Program-made: the position numbers and the translations under genes | Assembly: GCA_964016885.1 (NCBI GenBank) | Contig: OZ024755.1 | Location: forward strand, 42,284,001 to 42,348,000 | Source: Eledone cirrhosa | Lineage: Eukaryota | DNA length: 64,000 nt | Direction of reading: 5' to 3' | Part shown: positions 46,900 to 61,473 of the stretch, in pieces | Position numbering within the stretch: position 1 is the stretch's first letter | Layout of the letters: every line of letters starts with the position of its first letter | Notes under the pieces: model-generated | What the model was told of the DNA's origin: nothing | Seen by the model: only the letters and a program-made list of their open reading frames with translations | The model's database searches: none

Positions 46900-48474
46900 A
46901 ATAAGGCGCTTATATTTGCCCAAAATAACTCTGATCTTACCCATGATGAAATTGAAATAATAATAGCGGCTAGAAGGACTATCGTAAAATTTGAAAATAA
47001 CTACTGGGTAAGAAAGGATAGAATAAATAGCTTCGATATTACAATGGGTTCAAATGATTCTGCGCAAATTACAGATATCGTGGGGCTATTCATAGCACAC
47101 AACCTACATAAGGAATTCAGTAACCTCCAAGGAGGAATTTATAGGGACGACACGTTACTTATAGCTAGGAACCTAAATAACCAGAGCATGGAAAGACTAA
47201 GGAAAAATATTAGAATATTCTTCAAAAAACTAGGCCTAAGTATTACCTACGAACTAAACCATAAGAAGGTAAATTTTCTAGATGTAACTCTAAATCTAAA
47301 TACTGGATTAATAGAACCTTTCCACAAAAATAATGAAAATCTTGCCTACATTAGTTACAACTCAAATCACCCCAAATCCATAATTAAATCCATAGCACGT
47401 AGTATATCCCTCCGAATATCCCGCCTATCCTCAAACCTAGAAATCTTTAACGAGCATGCTGACTATTATAATGCAGCATTAAGTAGGGCCGGTCATAAAG
47501 ATAAACTACAGTATATAGTGAATAAGGACAACATAAACAATCCTAGTAATTTCTACTCCAACCGCTCACATAATAATAGGAATAGCTTGACTAGACATAG
47601 GGTTAGACATGTAACACCTAGAGTAAACGGCCAAATCACTAATAACGTAAACCCTAGAAACAATAGAAGAAACAGACAAAGGAAATACCTATGGTTCAAC
47701 CCAATATTCAACTCCTCTATAAAAACTAGACTGCCCTCTATATTCTTTAAACTAATAGATAAACACTTCCCTATCTCGCATAGATATCACAAACTACTCA
47801 ATAGATCTACTATAAAACTCTCTTTTTCAACAGCAGCTAACATAGAATCACACATACGCAAGATCAACCGCAGAAATATCTCAAGTAAATCAATTGCACC
47901 TATACATAAGCACAAACTCATCACAACATCACAACCACAAGCGCATACAAACGCGCAGCAGCAAAACCCCATTGGGCATATATCACAACCCACTTATAAC
48001 AGGGTACTAAATAGGAATGTAAAAGCTGCACATAATAGCGCCTCAAACTGCAACTGTCACCTCCCAGATAGGTGCCCATTGGCGAATAGATGTCTCGATT
48101 CGAGCCTGGTGTACATGTGCACTGTCATCTCGGGTAACTCCACTTGGAATTACATAGGATCCACCGCGGGTTCTTTTAAGAAAAGATGGTATGTGCACAG
48201 GCACTCGATGAAAAACCGAGCTCTTATGGGTTCCACCACCCTCGCCAGAAAAATATGGGAATTGAAGGACAGCAACGCTAGCTACACTATCAACTGGTCG
48301 AAGTTGTCGGCTGCTAAAACCTATAGTACAGGTATGTCCTATTGCGGGCTGTGTGATCTTGAGCTATTGTATATCCTTAGAAATGTTAAAAGACTACTTA
48401 ATAATAAGTTAGAAAGATCTATCTTCTGCAGGCATAGAATAGCCACTAAATTCATAAGATTCAAACCTCCGTGA
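46900..48474 (+). CDS. Penelope-like RT + GIY-YIG endonuclease, 5'-truncated, frame open
   Basis: ITMGSNDSAQITDIVG, IYRDD, VNFLDVTL, YISYNSNHP, WFNP; linker CNCHLPDRC (CxCx5C); LVYMC...YIGST...FKKRWYVH...CGLC. The first ~57 codons of the listed ORF come from the inverted arm. Confidence 0.9.
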   Translation, partial: NKALIFAQNNSDLTHDEIEIIIAARRTIVKFENNYWVRKDRINSFDITMGSNDSAQITDIVGLFIAHNLHKEFSNLQGGIYRDDTLLIARNLNNQSMERLRKNIRIFFKKLGLSITYELNHKKVNFLDVTLNLNTGLIEPFHKNNENLAYISYNSNHPKSIIKSIARSISLRISRLSSNLEIFNEHADYYNAALSRAGHKDKLQYIVNKDNINNPSNFYSNRSHNNRNSLTRHRVRHVTPRVNGQITNNVNPRNNRRNRQRKYLWFNPIFNSSIKTRLPSIFFKLIDKHFPISHRYHKLLNRSTIKLSFSTAANIESHIRKINRRNISSKSIAPIHKHKLITTSQPQAHTNAQQQNPIGHISQPTYNRVLNRNVKAAHNSASNCNCHLPDRCPLANRCLDSSLVYMCTVISGNSTWNYIGSTAGSFKKRWYVHRHSMKNRALMGSTTLARKIWELKDSNASYTINWSKLSAAKTYSTGMSYCGLCDLELLYILRNVKRLLNNKLERSIFCRHRIATKFIRFKPP

Positions 48475-48794
48475 ATCGAACCAACATAACATAGCTTTAA
48501 ATTAGGATACCTACTACCCACAAAAAATATATATTCATTAAGTAAGTCTATACCACACAATAGTCTGTAAATACCTCATCTACCAACAATCTTACTCCTT
48601 CTCAGCTGCTGCAATCATTTGATCCTAGATCCTAGTTTTTCTCATTTCACTACTACAATGTTACTTTACCTTCTTTTTGCCATATTACAATTAGCACGCT
48701 TTTCTCTTTGCATGTATGTATATTTTTGTACGAGTGTATATTAGTGTGTATGTATGTGTCTATGTACACATATATGTGTATGTGTATTTATATT

Positions 48795-48863
<69 letters not shown>

Positions 48864-49220
48864 AGATATATGCGTATATTAATTCGTTAACCTCTGTATT
48901 AACTCTACAACTATTGAGCTTTGACAGTGGTCCCACTCATGTATACGGTTGAAGATGAAGAGAAAGACTGTAAAAACTAGCTTATCTTTATAATTTAAAA
49001 TTGATACACACTACGATACTTTTTGCCTTATGACAGCTGGTTTTCACGCCGTAACATTAGATACATTATATACCCCCCACCTAAGTAATGTCAGGGTCTC
49101 CTTAAATAGTTTATTGATAGCATTGTTGTAATAATTGTTGTTGTTTATTGTTCTAATTGAATGCCATAACTACTCCATATTTTCTTTTATTTTCTTGCCT
49201 GTGTATTTTCTTCATTCTCG

Positions 49221-49333
49221 CATGCTCCGAAGATCTGACTGGTTATAATTCTGTATTGGCGATCGAGTGACGCAAAATTAGGCGGATAGCGATCTCTAGA
49301 CATACCAGTTCAGTGAAACAAATGTAAGCTATG
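49221..49333 (+). ncRNA. Variant hammerhead motif (CCGAAGA core, ~80-nt stem II region)
   Basis: CATGCT-CCGAAGA-t-CTGACTGGT...ACCAGTtCAG-t-GAAAC aaat GTA/AGCtATG. Confidence 0.58.
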
Positions 49334-49396
49334 TGATTAAAAACTTTTTTGTATAGCAAACCATGTAAACCTTCTTTCCTGATTTATATATATATG

Positions 49397-49429
<33 letters not shown>

Positions 49430-49494
49430 GTATGTATATATACGTATATATATGTATATGTATATATATGTATATATATATGTATGTATGTATG

Positions 49495-49528
<34 letters not shown>

Positions 49529-49536
49529 TATATATA

Positions 49537-49569
<33 letters not shown>

Positions 49570-49600
49570 ATATATATATATGTATATATATGTATATATG

Positions 49601-49717
<117 letters not shown>

Positions 49718-49735
49718 ATATATATATATATATAT

Positions 49736-50814
49736 AACTTTGAATAACTTTGAAATGTTTTGGCCAGTATTGGCCCAGGCCATGTCTAACTTAATAGCAC
49801 CACCTGGCGAAGTCTTTCAATTCAGGATTTGGGCACCATGGCCCATTCGAGAAGAGAATTACTGTTTGCGGAGACATATCCGGGTGTGGGTGGTTTGTCC
49901 GGGATTACTTGGAGGAATTTGTCCAAAGACTTCTTGAATTTTGTGTGGTCAGTTTCTGTTTTGACGTGTCCTGGTGTGATGTTGAAGAGAGCAGGGCCGA
50001 TTGAGGTGAAATAATTGTGCCGTATTGTTGTTATGAGTTGCGATTTAGATTTTTGAATGGGACGGATAGCACGGGGCCCAAGCCTTGGGTGTATCTTGAA
50101 GGCGATGCCAACATCATTTGGGCAGTGATGATGGAACATTTTCCACATCATGCAGATAATATAACGCTCACGGCGACGTTGGAGTGAGTAAAGTTTCAGG
50201 TTTTCTAATCGACCCCAGTAGTCAAGGTCTGACATGCCATCTATCTTTTTCGTGATTGCCCTTTGAGGAGCTTCAAGTTTCATGATACTTTGTTTCGTGT
50301 GGGGAGACCACAGTGGACAACAGTATTCAAGGTGTGGTCGGGCGAAAGTAGAGAAGAGAAGGATAATGGTGCGGGAATCTCTCGACTGGAAGGTTCTGAG
50401 GATCCAGGAACACATTCTGCGGGCCATGTCAACTTTGCTGCTTATATGCGTGGTCCAGCTTATATTGCTGTCCACGGTTACTCCCAAGTCTCTGATGTTG
50501 TTAGATGCCACGAGAGTTTCCCCGGAGGGAAGGGAGTACGGGAGTTTCAGAGCATCCTCTTTTCCATAGTGGATCAGTTCAAATTTGTCTTCGTTCAGTA
50601 ACATGTTGTTCTTTTCTGCCCATTGGGTAACAGCCAGTAGGTCTGACTGAAGGCTTATCCGGTCATCCACGCCATTGATGACCTTTTGGAGCTTGGAATC
50701 ATCAGCGAAAATTTTAATGTTGCTGTGTTTGATGATGTCAGTGATGTCATTAATATAGATGATGAAGAGAAGTGGGCCCAACACAGTGCCTTGTGGGACC
50801 CCACTACTGACTTT
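49736..50814 (-). mobile_element. CR1/L2-group LINE, second copy (near-identical to ~39559-40637)
   Basis: ORF 49822-50784 matches the first copy almost residue for residue. Confidence 0.92.
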
Positions 50815-50824
50815 TATATATATG

Positions 50825-50873
<49 letters not shown>

Positions 50874-50969
50874 GTATGTATATATATATATATGTATATG
50901 TATGTATATATGTATATATATATATATATGTATGTATATATATATATGTATATGTATATATATATGTAT

Positions 50970-51009
<40 letters not shown>

Positions 51010-51156
51010 GTATGTATATGTATATGTATATATATATATGTATATATATGTATGTATATATGTATATGTATATATATATATATGTATATGTATATATATA
51101 TATATGTATGTATATATATATATGTATGTATATATATATATGTATGTATGTATATG

Positions 51157-51237
<81 letters not shown>

Positions 51238-51258
51238 GTATATATATGTATATATATG

Positions 51259-51353
<95 letters not shown>

Positions 51354-52646
51354 GTATATATATATATAGGTATGTATATATATATATAGGTATGTATATA
51401 TATATATAGGTATGTATATATATATATGTATGTATGTATGTATATATATATATATATGTATGTATATATATATATGTATGTATATATATATATGTATGTA
51501 TATATATATATGTATGTATATATATATATATATGTATGTATATATATATATGTATGTATATATATATATGTATGTATATATATATATGTATGTATGTATA
51601 TATATATATGTATGTATATATATATATGTATGTATATATATATATGTATGTATATATATATATGTATGTATATATATATATGTATGTATATATATATATA
51701 TGTATGTATATATATATATATATGTATGTATATATATATATATATGTATGTATATATATATGTATGTATATATATATGTATATATATATATGTATGTATA
51801 TATATATATATGTATGTATATATATATATGTATGTATATATATATATGTATGTATATATATATATATGTATGTATATATATATATGTATGTATATATATA
51901 TATATGTATGTATATATATATATGTATGTATATATATATATGTATGTATATATATATATATGTATGTATATATATATATATATGTATGTATATATATATA
52001 TATATGTATGTATATATATATGTATGTATATATATATGTATGTATATATATATATGTATGTATATATATATATATGTATGTATATATATATATATATGTA
52101 TGTATATATATATATATATGTATGTATATATATATGTATGTATATATATATGTATATATATATATGTATGTATATATATATATATGTATGTATATATATA
52201 TATGTATGTATATATATATATGTATGTATATATATATATGTATGTATATATATATATATATGTATGTATATATATATGTATGTATGTATGTATATATATA
52301 TGTATGTATGTATGTATATATGTATGTATGTATGTATATATATATGTATGTATGTATATATATATATATGTATGTATATATGTATGTATGTATGTATATA
52401 TGTATGTATGTATGTATATATATATATATGTATGTATATATATATGTATGTATGTATATATATATGTATGTATGTATGTATATATATATATATGTATGTA
52501 TGTATATATATATATATGTATGTATGTATATATATATATATGTATGTATATATATATATATGTATGTATATATATATATATGTATGTATATATATATATA
52601 TGTATGTATATATATATATATGTATGTATATATATATATATGTATG

Positions 52647-52688
<42 letters not shown>

Positions 52689-52827
52689 TATGTATGTATA
52701 TATATATATATATGTATGTATATATATATATGTATGTATATATATATATATATGTATGTATATATATATATATATGTATGTATATATATATATGTATGTA
52801 TATATATATATATATATATGTATGTAT

Positions 52828-52889
<62 letters not shown>

Positions 52890-52932
52890 ATATATATATG
52901 TATATATATATATATGTATGTATATATATATA
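50815..52932. repeat. (TA)n/(TATG)n array
   Basis: Directly visible. Confidence 0.97.
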
Positions 52933-52934
52933 CG

Positions 52935-54430
52935 TATCTCTTTTACTCTTTTACCTGTTTCAGCCATCCGGCTGAGGCCATGCTGGGGCACCGCCCTTGT
53001 TGCTACACATTTTATCTCCAGCCTGTATAGGTTGGCCACTGGTGTAGAAGGGAGTTTGTTGCTGCTGCCCTTAGGTTTCCCTCGTGTCTTGCTGTGGGCT
53101 CATCCGGGATCCTGGATAACAAGGTGTCGAGATGTTTCTTAAAGACATCCACCTCCACGTCATGCAAGTCTCGCAGATGCCTCGGCAGCCTGTTGAAGAG
53201 TTGAGGGCCCTTGAATCCCAGGCTATTGCAATACCTGCTCCTTATTCTAGATGTGGAAGACGGGACCTTTGGCACCACACAGTGACGTCCTGTTCGACGG
53301 TTGGTCCAGCTCCCAATGCCAAAGTTTGGTGCTAGTCCCTCCAGGATTTTCCACATGTAGATCACTGCGTATCTCTCCCGTCTTCGCTCCAAGGAGTAGA
53401 GGTTCAGTTCCTTCAGCCTCTCCCAGTAGCTTGTCTCCCTCATCTTGGCAATCCTCTTGGTGTAGCTTCGCTGGATTGCCTCAAGCTCTGTGGTTAGTTT
53501 GACACTATGGGGTGACCACAGCTGGGAGCAGTAGTCCAGGCGGCTTAGGACAAAAGTCCTCCACAGTGTCAACATGGTGTCTCGATCTCTTGTAAGGAAA
53601 GTCCTCAAGATCCAGCCAGCGAATCGTCTACATGCTGTCGCCACCTTCATGATGTGTGAAGAAAAAGATGCATCATCGCTCATGTCTATGCCCAGGTCTC
53701 GTATCGATTTTGACACGGGGATATCGGTCCATCCTGGTCCTGTGTAGCTGTGTTCCGCTATATTTGTGTTTGTGTTTGCAGGTTTGTATTGTAGGGCTTG
53801 GAATTTGCCAGCATTAAACTGCATGTTGTTTTCTTCCGCCCATCTGTATATGGCATCCAGATCCTGCTGTAAGAGGGCAGCGTCAGCTGGGTTTTTGATT
53901 GCCTGTGCTACCTTAGTGTCATCAGCATAGCTAGTGAGGGATGTTGTTGCATGCACCACAGAGGGCATGTCCGAGAGAGCCACCAAAAACAGTAGTGGTC
54001 ACAGGACTGTCCCCTGAGGCACCCCACTTGTTATCGGTGTTTCCCTCGAGAGGGCCCCATTTGCTGCGACTGCCTGGCTTCTGTCCCTTAAGAAGCCATG
54101 CAGCCACTCACCTACTTTTCCAGTTATGCCGAGTCCGTGTAGTTTGTGACATATCATTCCGTGGTCGACCTCGTCAAAGGCCTTCGCAAAGTCAAGATAT
54201 ATCACGTCTACATGTGAGCTGTCTAGTAGTTGTCTCAGTACCCAGTCGTAGTGATGTAGCAGCTGTGTAAGGCAGCTTCTTCCTGGGCGGAAGCCATGTT
54301 GCGTGCTAGTCAGGCGGTCATTTTCTTCGAGGAAAGTGATTAGCTTCTTTCTGACGACTCGCTCCATGACCTTACTGATATGCGACGTCAGGGAGACTGG
54401 CCTATAGTTCTTGGCCTCCGCTCTACTACC

Positions 54431-54431
<1 letters not shown>
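52935..54431 (-). mobile_element. CR1/L2-group LINE (related family), 5'-truncated, with an in-frame stop
   Basis: [27 protein letters not shown]-stop, SYADD, SRLDYCSQLWSP; tail GAAACAGGTAAAAGAGTAAAAGAG. Confidence 0.9.
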
Positions 54432-54510
<79 letters not shown>

Positions 54511-54869
54511 TGTATGTATATATATATATGTATGTATATATATATATATATGTATGCATATATATATATGTATGTATATATATATATGTATGTATGTATG
54601 TATATATATATATGTATTGTATATATATATATGTATGTATATATATATATGTATGTATATATATATATGTATGTATATATATTATATATGTATGTATATA
54701 TATATATGTATGTATATATATATATGTATGTATATATATATATGTATGTATATATATATATGTATGTATTTATATATGTATATATATATATGTATGTATA
54801 TATATATATGTATGTATATATACTATATGTATGTATAATATATATATGTATGTATATATATATATATAA

Positions 54870-55380
54870 GGTTTCTTGTGAGGAGGGTGACTTTGGACAT
54901 CCTGCAGGACTAAAAAAAACCTGTCAAAGGGCAAGGGAGCTCTTAAGACTCAATAGCCATCCAAAATCACGGGGAGAGATGACCCCTTAGCCTTTGTCAA
55001 GGCAGAATTCTAGGAGAAGGAAAACTCTGATATAACACCTGCAACCCTGATGGTATCCAATGATGTTGACTTGTTCTTCTTTTGGTAAATATCATCTTGG
55101 TTAAGAGAGTGGGACTGGCTTTGTGCAGTGCCTTTGCTCACTATAAAAGCTTCACAGCACAGGCATTGCTTTATATCTGGAGATCTCTCTGCACTTGTCA
55201 TCACATGGTACCATGAGCCCTGCACTATGTGTCAATAATGGTCACAAGTGTAGTCTTTGTACCAGAGTTTTCAAGTCGCTGGCTGGACTAAAAAGTCACA
55301 TTCGTTCAGCGCATCGGTAGGGGTTCTCCTACATGGATATAAAGTAGTGGCCGTACTCGAAAACGAGTTGGCAGCCACCA
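54870..55380 (+). mobile_element. Non-autonomous bipartite RTE-derived element (Ceph-SINE-like), longer copy
   Basis: Matches 42951-43410 and extends further 5'; that 5' part matches the reverse complement of 23703-23790. Confidence 0.7.
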
Positions 55381-56041
55381 TATATATATGTATATATATA
55401 TGTATATATATATGTATATATGTATATATATATATATATGTATATATATATGTATATATATATATATATGTATATATATATGATTATATATATGTATATA
55501 TGTATATATATATATATGTATATATATATGTATATATATATATGTATATATATATATATGTATATATATATGTATATATATATGTATATATATATATATG
55601 TATATATATATATGTATATATATATGTATATATGTATATATATATATATGTATATATATATGTATATATGTATATATATATATATGTATATATATATGTA
55701 TATATGTATATATATATATATGTATATATATATGTATGTATATATGTATATATATATATATGTATATATATATGTATATATATATGTATATATATATGTA
55801 TATGTATATATATATGTATATATATATGTATATATATATGTATATATATATGTATATATATATGTATATATGTATATGTATATATATATATGTATATGTA
55901 TATATATATATGTATATGTATATATGTATATATATATGTATATATATATATGTATATATATATGTATATATATATATGTATATATATATGTATATATATA
56001 TATGTATATATATATGTATAATATATATGTATATATATATG

Positions 56042-56073
<32 letters not shown>

Positions 56074-56275
56074 TGTATATGTATATATGTATATATATAT
56101 ATATGTGTATATATGTATATATATATATGTGTATATATGTATATATATATATGTGTATATATGTATATATATATATATATGTATATATATGTATATATGT
56201 ATATGTATATATATGTATATATATATATATGTATATATGTATATATATATATGTATATATGTATATATATATATG

Positions 56276-56306
<31 letters not shown>

Positions 56307-56349
56307 GTATATATATATATGTATGTATATATATATATGTATATATATG

Positions 56350-56403
<54 letters not shown>

Positions 56404-56679
56404 TATGTATGTATATATATATATATGTATGTATATATATATATATGTATGTATATATATATATATGTATGTATATATATATATATGTATGTATATATAT
56501 ATATATGTATGTATATATATATGTATGTATGTATATATATATGTATATATATATATGTATGTATGTATATATATATGTATGTATGTATATATATATGTAT
56601 GTATGTATATATATATGTATGTATATATATATGTATGTATATATGTATGTATATATATATATGTATGTATATATGTATG

Positions 56680-56714
<35 letters not shown>

Positions 56715-56745
56715 GTATATATATATATATATGTATATATATATG

Positions 56746-56776
<31 letters not shown>

Positions 56777-57032
56777 GTATATATATATATGTATATATAT
56801 ATGTATATATATATATGTATATATATATATGTATATATATATGTATATATATATATGTGTATATATATATATGTATATATATATATGTATATATATATAT
56901 GTATATATATATATGTATATATATATGTATATATATATGTATATATATATGTATATATATATATGTATATATATATGTATATATATATGTATATATATAT
57001 GTATATATTATATATATATGTATATATATATG

Positions 57033-57077
<45 letters not shown>

Positions 57078-57159
57078 GTATATATATATATATATGTATA
57101 TATATATGTATATTATATATGTAATATATATATGTATATTATATTATTATATATATATG

Positions 57160-57204
<45 letters not shown>

Positions 57205-57323
57205 GTATATATATATGTGTATATATGTATATATATATGTGTATATATATGTGTATATATATATGTATATATATGTATATATATATGTATATATATATGT
57301 ATATATATATGTATATATATATG

Positions 57324-57361
<38 letters not shown>

Positions 57362-57401
57362 TGTATATATATGTATATATATATATGTATATATATATAT
57401 G

Positions 57402-57432
<31 letters not shown>

Positions 57433-57534
57433 GTATATATATGTATATATATATATGTATATATATATAGGTGTATATATATATATGTATATATATATAT
57501 GTATATATATATAGGTATATATATATATATGTAT

Positions 57535-57565
<31 letters not shown>

Positions 57566-57796
57566 TATATGTATATGTATATATGTATATATATATATGT
57601 ATGTATATATATAGTATGTAATGTATTAGTATGTATGTATGTATATATGTATGTATATAGTATATATATATATGTATATTATATATTTGTATATATATAT
57701 GTATGTATATATATATGTATATGTATATATATATGTATATATATATGTATGTATATATATATGTATGTATATATATATGTATATATATATATATGT
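55381..57796. repeat. (TA)n array with TG interruptions
   Basis: Directly visible. Confidence 0.97.
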
Positions 57797-58660
57797 ATAG
57801 AAAGATTTGAATGGATACAGTTTAGTTGAAAGGAATTTATTGACACGTGTTTCTATAACAGTTACATAACACCTAAACAGCTATCTACAAAACTTTTAGT
57901 TATGCAGACATTCAATATTTCAATGTTATTATTACTGTAACTGCACCTATCCTGACAACTGCCCCCTCGGCAATAACTGCCTGGAAAAAAATATTATTTA
58001 TAAGTGTACCATTAAATCCGGAGGCAACGAGTGGTATTACGTGGGATCAACGGCAACAACGTTTAAATCTCGATTGTATAGGCATTCTTACTCAATAAAA
58101 CACCAGAGCCAAAGAAATGTAACAACTCTAGCAGAAAAAGCTTGGACGCTCAGGGATAGCGATCAAAAGTTTACCCTAAAATGGGAAAAATTAGCTAAAA
58201 CCCAAAGCTTTTCCAGGAGCCAAAATTTCTGCAAATTGTGTAATCTTGAGATTTATTACATAATCACACACAAGAAGAAACTGCTGAATAACAGAATTGA
58301 ACGAACATTATTCTGCGTCACAGAACTAAAACCATTTTTTCCCACTACAAGCCGAATATTACATAAAAGAGGGACATCCCCCAACTATATAACCTTAATC
58401 TAGTTAGAAAAATATAAAAACAATCTCTTCTCAACATATATTAATAACCTTAAATTACCATACTAATAATGAAAAGATATGCTGATGAGAATAGGTACAA
58501 ATATGCGATAATGAATGTGTCTAAAAACGTCCATAAGTATGTATATATATGTGAAAATGTATATAAATAAGTAAATATATATATATGTTTGATGTGTATA
58601 GTTAGATGTAAGTGTATTCATGTATTAAAGTGCTTATATATATGTATATGCGTGTGTGTA

Positions 58661-58727
<67 letters not shown>

Positions 58728-58732
58728 TATAG

Positions 58733-58768
<36 letters not shown>

Positions 58769-59583
58769 GTGTATATGGATGTGTATGTATGTGTATGTGT
58801 GTACACATGGACTAGAGTATGTATGTATATATGTGTGTGTCTATACGTGTGTATATAAAGATAAGTTGAGTATGAAAATGTATACACATGAGCGCGTATG
58901 TATGTACATAAATACATGTGTGTATATATGTGTATGCATGTGTATATATATGTAAGTATGAATATGTGAATTGTGTGTATATGTATTTTGTAGAGGTGTG
59001 CAAATATATTTGTGTGTGAATGCGTGGGTGAAAGGATACGTACACTTGAAAGAAAAATTTAAGTCTGAATGTTAATTAAGTGCAAACACAAAACCAACCA
59101 CGCATATCTTCACTATCTCTAATCCTTCTATAGATTTAGAAAAATAACCAATAATATATTCTATAAAAAATGTCAAAACAACAGATGGGAATCTAATTAC
59201 TCACTGCCACCAAGAATTCTCACTGCTATCGAAAAACCACTCCTTCAACTATTCTTCTAACAACTTCACCCCTCCCTCCTAATATTCTCTATAAAAACTA
59301 AATAGTCCTCAGTAATATTATTCTGATGAAATGACAGTAAATAATAACATTGAAATATTGAATGTCTGCATAACTAAAAGTTTGTAGATAGCTGTTTTAG
59401 GTTATGTAACTGTTATAGAAACACGTGTCAATAAATTCCTTTCAACTAAACTGTAATCCATTCAAATCTTTCTATTTTTTCCGGATTACTTTTGGAACTA
59501 CAACTGGAACCGTCGAGCAAACTCTACGTGAGCTGATAATCTACTGTGTGTAATATTTATATTACAACACAACGGAAATACTG
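57797..59583 (+). mobile_element. Second Penelope-like element (probably Hydra clade): GIY-YIG remnant, 3'UTR, hammerhead and ~136-bp inverted duplication
   Basis: From 57936: CNCTYPDNCPLGNNCLEKNIIYKC...YYVGSTATTFKSRLYRH...CKLCNLE; arms 57797-57933 and 59340-59475. Confidence 0.87.
59318..59434 (+). ncRNA. Type I hammerhead motif with greatly extended stem II
   Basis: TTATT-CTGATGA-a-ATGACAGT...ACTGTTAT-a-GAAA-CACGTG-TC/AATAA; palindromic loop III, GUC triplet. Confidence 0.72.
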
Positions 59584-59649
59584 TATATATATATATGTAT
59601 GTATATATATATGTATATATATATGTATATATGTATGTATATATATATG

Positions 59650-59730
<81 letters not shown>

Positions 59731-59732
59731 GT

Positions 59733-59764
<32 letters not shown>

Positions 59765-59859
59765 GTATATATATGTATGTATATATATATATATATGTAT
59801 ATATATGTATGTATATATGTATATGTATATATATTATGTATGTATATATGTATATGTAT

Positions 59860-59890
<31 letters not shown>

Positions 59891-59891
59891 T

Positions 59892-59922
<31 letters not shown>

Positions 59923-59976
59923 TATATATGTATATGTATATGTATATATATATGTATTTATATATGTATATATATG

Positions 59977-60011
<35 letters not shown>

Positions 60012-60082
60012 GTATATATATGTATGTGTATATATATATATATATGTATGTATATATATTATATGTATATGTATGTATGTAT

Positions 60083-60130
<48 letters not shown>

Positions 60131-60206
60131 GTATATAGATATATATATGTATGTATATATATACATATATGTATGTATATAGATATATATGTATGTATAT
60201 ATATAC

Positions 60207-60241
<35 letters not shown>

Positions 60242-60341
60242 TATGTATGTATATATATACATATATGTATGTATATATATATATATGTATATATATATAT
60301 GTATATATATATATGTATATATATATATGTATATATATATG

Positions 60342-60438
<97 letters not shown>

Positions 60439-60614
60439 GTATATATATATGTATATATGTATATATATATGTATATATGTATGTATATATGTATATATAT
60501 ATGTATATATGTATATATATATGTATATGTATATATATATGTATATATTATATGTATATATGTATGTATATATGTATATATATATGTATATATATATATA
60601 TGTATATATATATG

Positions 60615-60667
<53 letters not shown>

Positions 60668-60888
60668 ATATATATATGTATATGTATATATATATATGTA
60701 TATGTATATATATATATGTATATATATGTGTATATATATGTATATATATATGTGTATATATGTATATATATATGTGTATATGTATATATATATGTGTATA
60801 TATATATATATATGTATATATATATGTGTATATGTATATATATATGTGTATATGTATATATATATGTGTATATGTATATATATATGTG

Positions 60889-60919
<31 letters not shown>

Positions 60920-60942
60920 GTGTATATGTATATATATATGTG

Positions 60943-60977
<35 letters not shown>

Positions 60978-61044
60978 GTATATATATATGTGTATATATA
61001 TATGTATATATGTATATATATATGTGTATATGTGTATATATATG

Positions 61045-61079
<35 letters not shown>

Positions 61080-61081
61080 GT
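59584..61081. repeat. (TA)n/(TATG)n array
   Basis: Directly visible. Confidence 0.97.
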
Positions 61082-61205
61082 AGGAGGTGAGTTTTATTGT
61101 AGTACAATAAAGCAATGCAGATATCGGATAAGAAGCACTCTACAGTTTGTGGGACTGGAGTATGCATAATATAAGATCAAAAGATGGTTAAAGGAGTTCA
61201 ATATA

Positions 61206-61273
61206 TTTTATTATGCGCATTTCAAAAAACAAACATCATCAAACAATAATATTTGTGTTTTCATCAGATAAAA
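61206..61273 (-). ncRNA. Type I hammerhead ribozyme motif (inverted copy)
   Basis: Reverse complement of 61400-61466. Confidence 0.75.
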
Positions 61274-61399
61274 CAGGAGAACATGATATGAAGGCTAAAA
61301 AAACACTTGTTGATAGTGCAGTTTTAAATCAACATATCTGTTGATTTAAAACTGCACTATCAACAAGTGTTTTTTTAGCCTTCATATCATGTTCTCCTG

Positions 61400-61466
61400 T
61401 TTTATCTGATGAAAACACAAATATTATTGTTTGATGATGTTTGTTTTTGAAATGCGCATAATAAAA
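61400..61466 (+). ncRNA. Type I hammerhead ribozyme motif
   Basis: TTTTAT-CTGATGA-aaac ACAAATATTATT gttt GATGATGTTTGT tttt-GAAA-TGCGCA-TA/ATAAAA; G-U-rich stem II, palindromic loop III. Confidence 0.8.
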
Positions 61467-61473
61467 TATATTG

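Larger units (their letters stand above)
45733..49387 (+). mobile_element. Penelope-like element (probably Hydra clade), 5'-truncated, with 998-bp inverted 3' duplication
   Basis: 45902-46899 is the reverse complement of 48390-49387; unique tail 45733-45901; (TA)n on both sides. Confidence 0.9.
61082..61473. mobile_element. Non-coding palindromic Penelope-like cassette with two opposed hammerhead motifs plus tail
   Basis: Near-perfect palindrome 61199-61473 centred at ~61336; unique tail 61082-61198. Confidence 0.78.
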
